Origin: Amphiscolops sp. MND2022
Lineage: Eukaryota
Reading direction: 5' to 3'
Assembly: GCA_964187785.1 (NCBI GenBank)
Contig: OZ076409.1
Span: forward strand, 49,540,001-49,604,000
Length of the DNA: 64,000 bases
The translations under genes and the position numbers were made by a program. The notes under the pieces are model-generated. The model was not told the origin of the DNA and made no database searches. It saw only the letters and a program-made list of their open reading frames with translations. The first letter of the stretch is position 1, and each line of letters begins with the position of its first letter. Positions 61,851 through 64,000 of this stretch are shown here, piece after piece.

Positions 61851-64000
61851 ATGAACAAAAAAGATCCGAAGTTTTTAATTTTTGCCAAACAGTTTTGATT
61901 AGTTTTTGTTTATCTACCGGTTATTAGACGAGTGGAAACTAGACAAAAATCCAAGAAACTTTTGTTTTTAACATATTTCGGAAAATTCGACAGTTTTTGA
62001 GAAATTTGCAATCTCATTTGGTGTTCCCCCCACAACACGAAAGCACTTTTTGTTCTCTAATAAAACAATTTCACTAATAAGACAAAATTATCGATAATCA
62101 ATAAAAACGGCACGAACGGAGCTAAATAGTCGCTCAGGCAGGTTGGATGTTGACTTAATCCTTGGGCTAAAATAAATAATTTTTTTGTATTTATTGAAAA
62201 TTATGTATCAATAAACTATTTATTTTGCACCCCTGGGTACAGTTAGTTCTAAAATATCGCAACTCCTTTGCTTAAAATTTCTTAGAATTTTATCTAGTTT
62301 ACAAAAATGTTTTGGAATTTAAAAAGAGTATTTCATTTCAAAAAAGAACTAATTCCGTTTCTATCTTATACAAAAATCTCCCAAAAGCTATTCAAGTGAA
62401 AGTTTCTCAATTTTTCAATAAGAGTTGAGGCGTTGAGGCAACTAGCGTTGGTGGGACATAGACACCTTTTTACTAGGCTTTGGTGGGACATGCATTAGGT
62501 GGGACATAAAAGGTTCGCCATATGAATGAGTTAAAGTAAACAAATAAGAATTAAAAGCCGAATGGTTAGAGCAATAGATTCGGAGTCTGATGAAGAAGCT
62601 GAAAGTATCTATCGATGTCTTGAATTCTATTTCTGTAGCTTGTTAACCCTAACTGGACCAAGAAAATTCCGGATCCACCCAAAACTCTGGTGCTAAAATA
62701 TTGAGGCCTTTTTGAAATGATCTAGAACAAAATATTTTTGCAGTTTTGCGGGAGGTATAATACTCGGTCACTTGGATTTGTACGTAAACTCTAATATGCT
62801 ACGGCAACTTAATTCCAATTCGTTCAATCATATTTTGTATATCACTGTAGTTCAAATGTGATAGTATCACAAATATTTCTCAAGTTGAACAAAGCAGACT
62901 TAGTGGGACATAGACCGCCTTTTTACAAAGCCTTGGTGGGATGGCCACTTCTTTTGAAAAAAAATATAGGGCCATTGCTTAAAGAGGTGAGCCTTCTCGA
63001 TTCCAGTATGAATTTTTTTATGTAAGAAAAAGACGCTTCTTGTAAAAAGTCGGCGCCAAAAAAGGCGCATAGTGCTGAAAAAACCCTAAGGGCGGACACT
63101 TTAGTCACCCCTCTACTTCTGGAAGCATAAGAAAACTTTGTGGTTTAGTGCCAGAGATCGACAAACCTTTGCAAAACCATGGGACCCGAATAATCGAGTA
63201 CGAAATGACAGCCATGATAATTCGAGCATTGTTTCGATCAATTTGTTTTGGATATTTCCGTCATTTTCTCCCAAAGCCATTGTCTATCAAATTGCAACTG
63301 TTAAATGAACGTAAAAACCTATAGGGTTGTCTTTACAGCTCTTTTGACATTAGCAGCAAACAAGGCTACTAAATTTATCGCTATGTACCAAACTTTATCA
63401 GTTGAAGACAGGAATTGGAAAATATCAATTGCAATTTAATTGATATTCAAAAATGGCACAAAAAATTAATTGCACTTTTCGAAAAACTCCAATTCAATTG
63501 ATCAATTATTTGGCAATTAATTTCAACGAAAAACATTTAAAATTTCATTCATACTATCACAATCAAAAATGATGTTCGGAATAAGCTTTTTACGAAATTT
63601 GCAACAAATTAGCGCCTGGAATTACGTTAATATTTGCCAAGTATGCACTCAATTCATTTAGCTATGTTTGGCTATACAAATATGCCCGAGAAATAGGCTA
63701 AGAGAATTGCAATGTATTGGTTTTCATTGCCTACTTTCCAATCAATTCTTTGACGTCTTAAAATTACCCAATAAAAATATTTTCATTGAAAAATTGCAAT
63801 TTATTGTTCATCAATCAAAATTTTCCAATTCCTGGTTAAAGATTCTTTTCAAATTCTTTTTACCTGGGGGGGTGGAATAAATGACATGGTCTTAAAGTTG
63901 TTCACTTGATAAAAATGATTACGTACCAAACAACATACAAGGTTACCGAAAAAATCATTTCAATGAAAATAACTGCAATCAAGCAATAACAATAATTTAT

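Overview
AT-rich, repeat-dense eukaryotic (invertebrate-like) DNA with GT-AG introns; no rRNA, functional tRNA or CRISPR array is supported. Layout: (1) 1-9670, a recently inserted but inactivated Ty3/Gypsy LTR retrotransposon with ~99% identical LTRs, nonsense codons in gag/pol, a truncated integrase and antisense accessory ORFs. (2) 10.7-16.4 kb, nested TIR MITEs and perfect palindromes around and inside the first intron of a probable host gene (12488-19998, low-complexity protein). (3) 24.7-29.1 kb, a decayed Helitron/Helentron, then at 30-32 kb a second retroelement-like fragment. (4) From a (CA)16 tract at ~32.06 kb to at least 62.9 kb, the main finding: a region stamped throughout with a GGTGGGAC motif. 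It carries two spliced minus-strand genes in tandem, a 3x C2HC zinc-finger-JmjC (KDM2/KDM7-like) demethylase and a SET methyltransferase-tandem repeat-tyrosine recombinase-Myb-like fusion, plus a RING ORF and two small orphan ORFs. I infer a giant Crypton-like tyrosine-recombinase element carrying its own chromatin-modifying cargo. Gene models were built by eye from splice sites and phases; no database searches were run.
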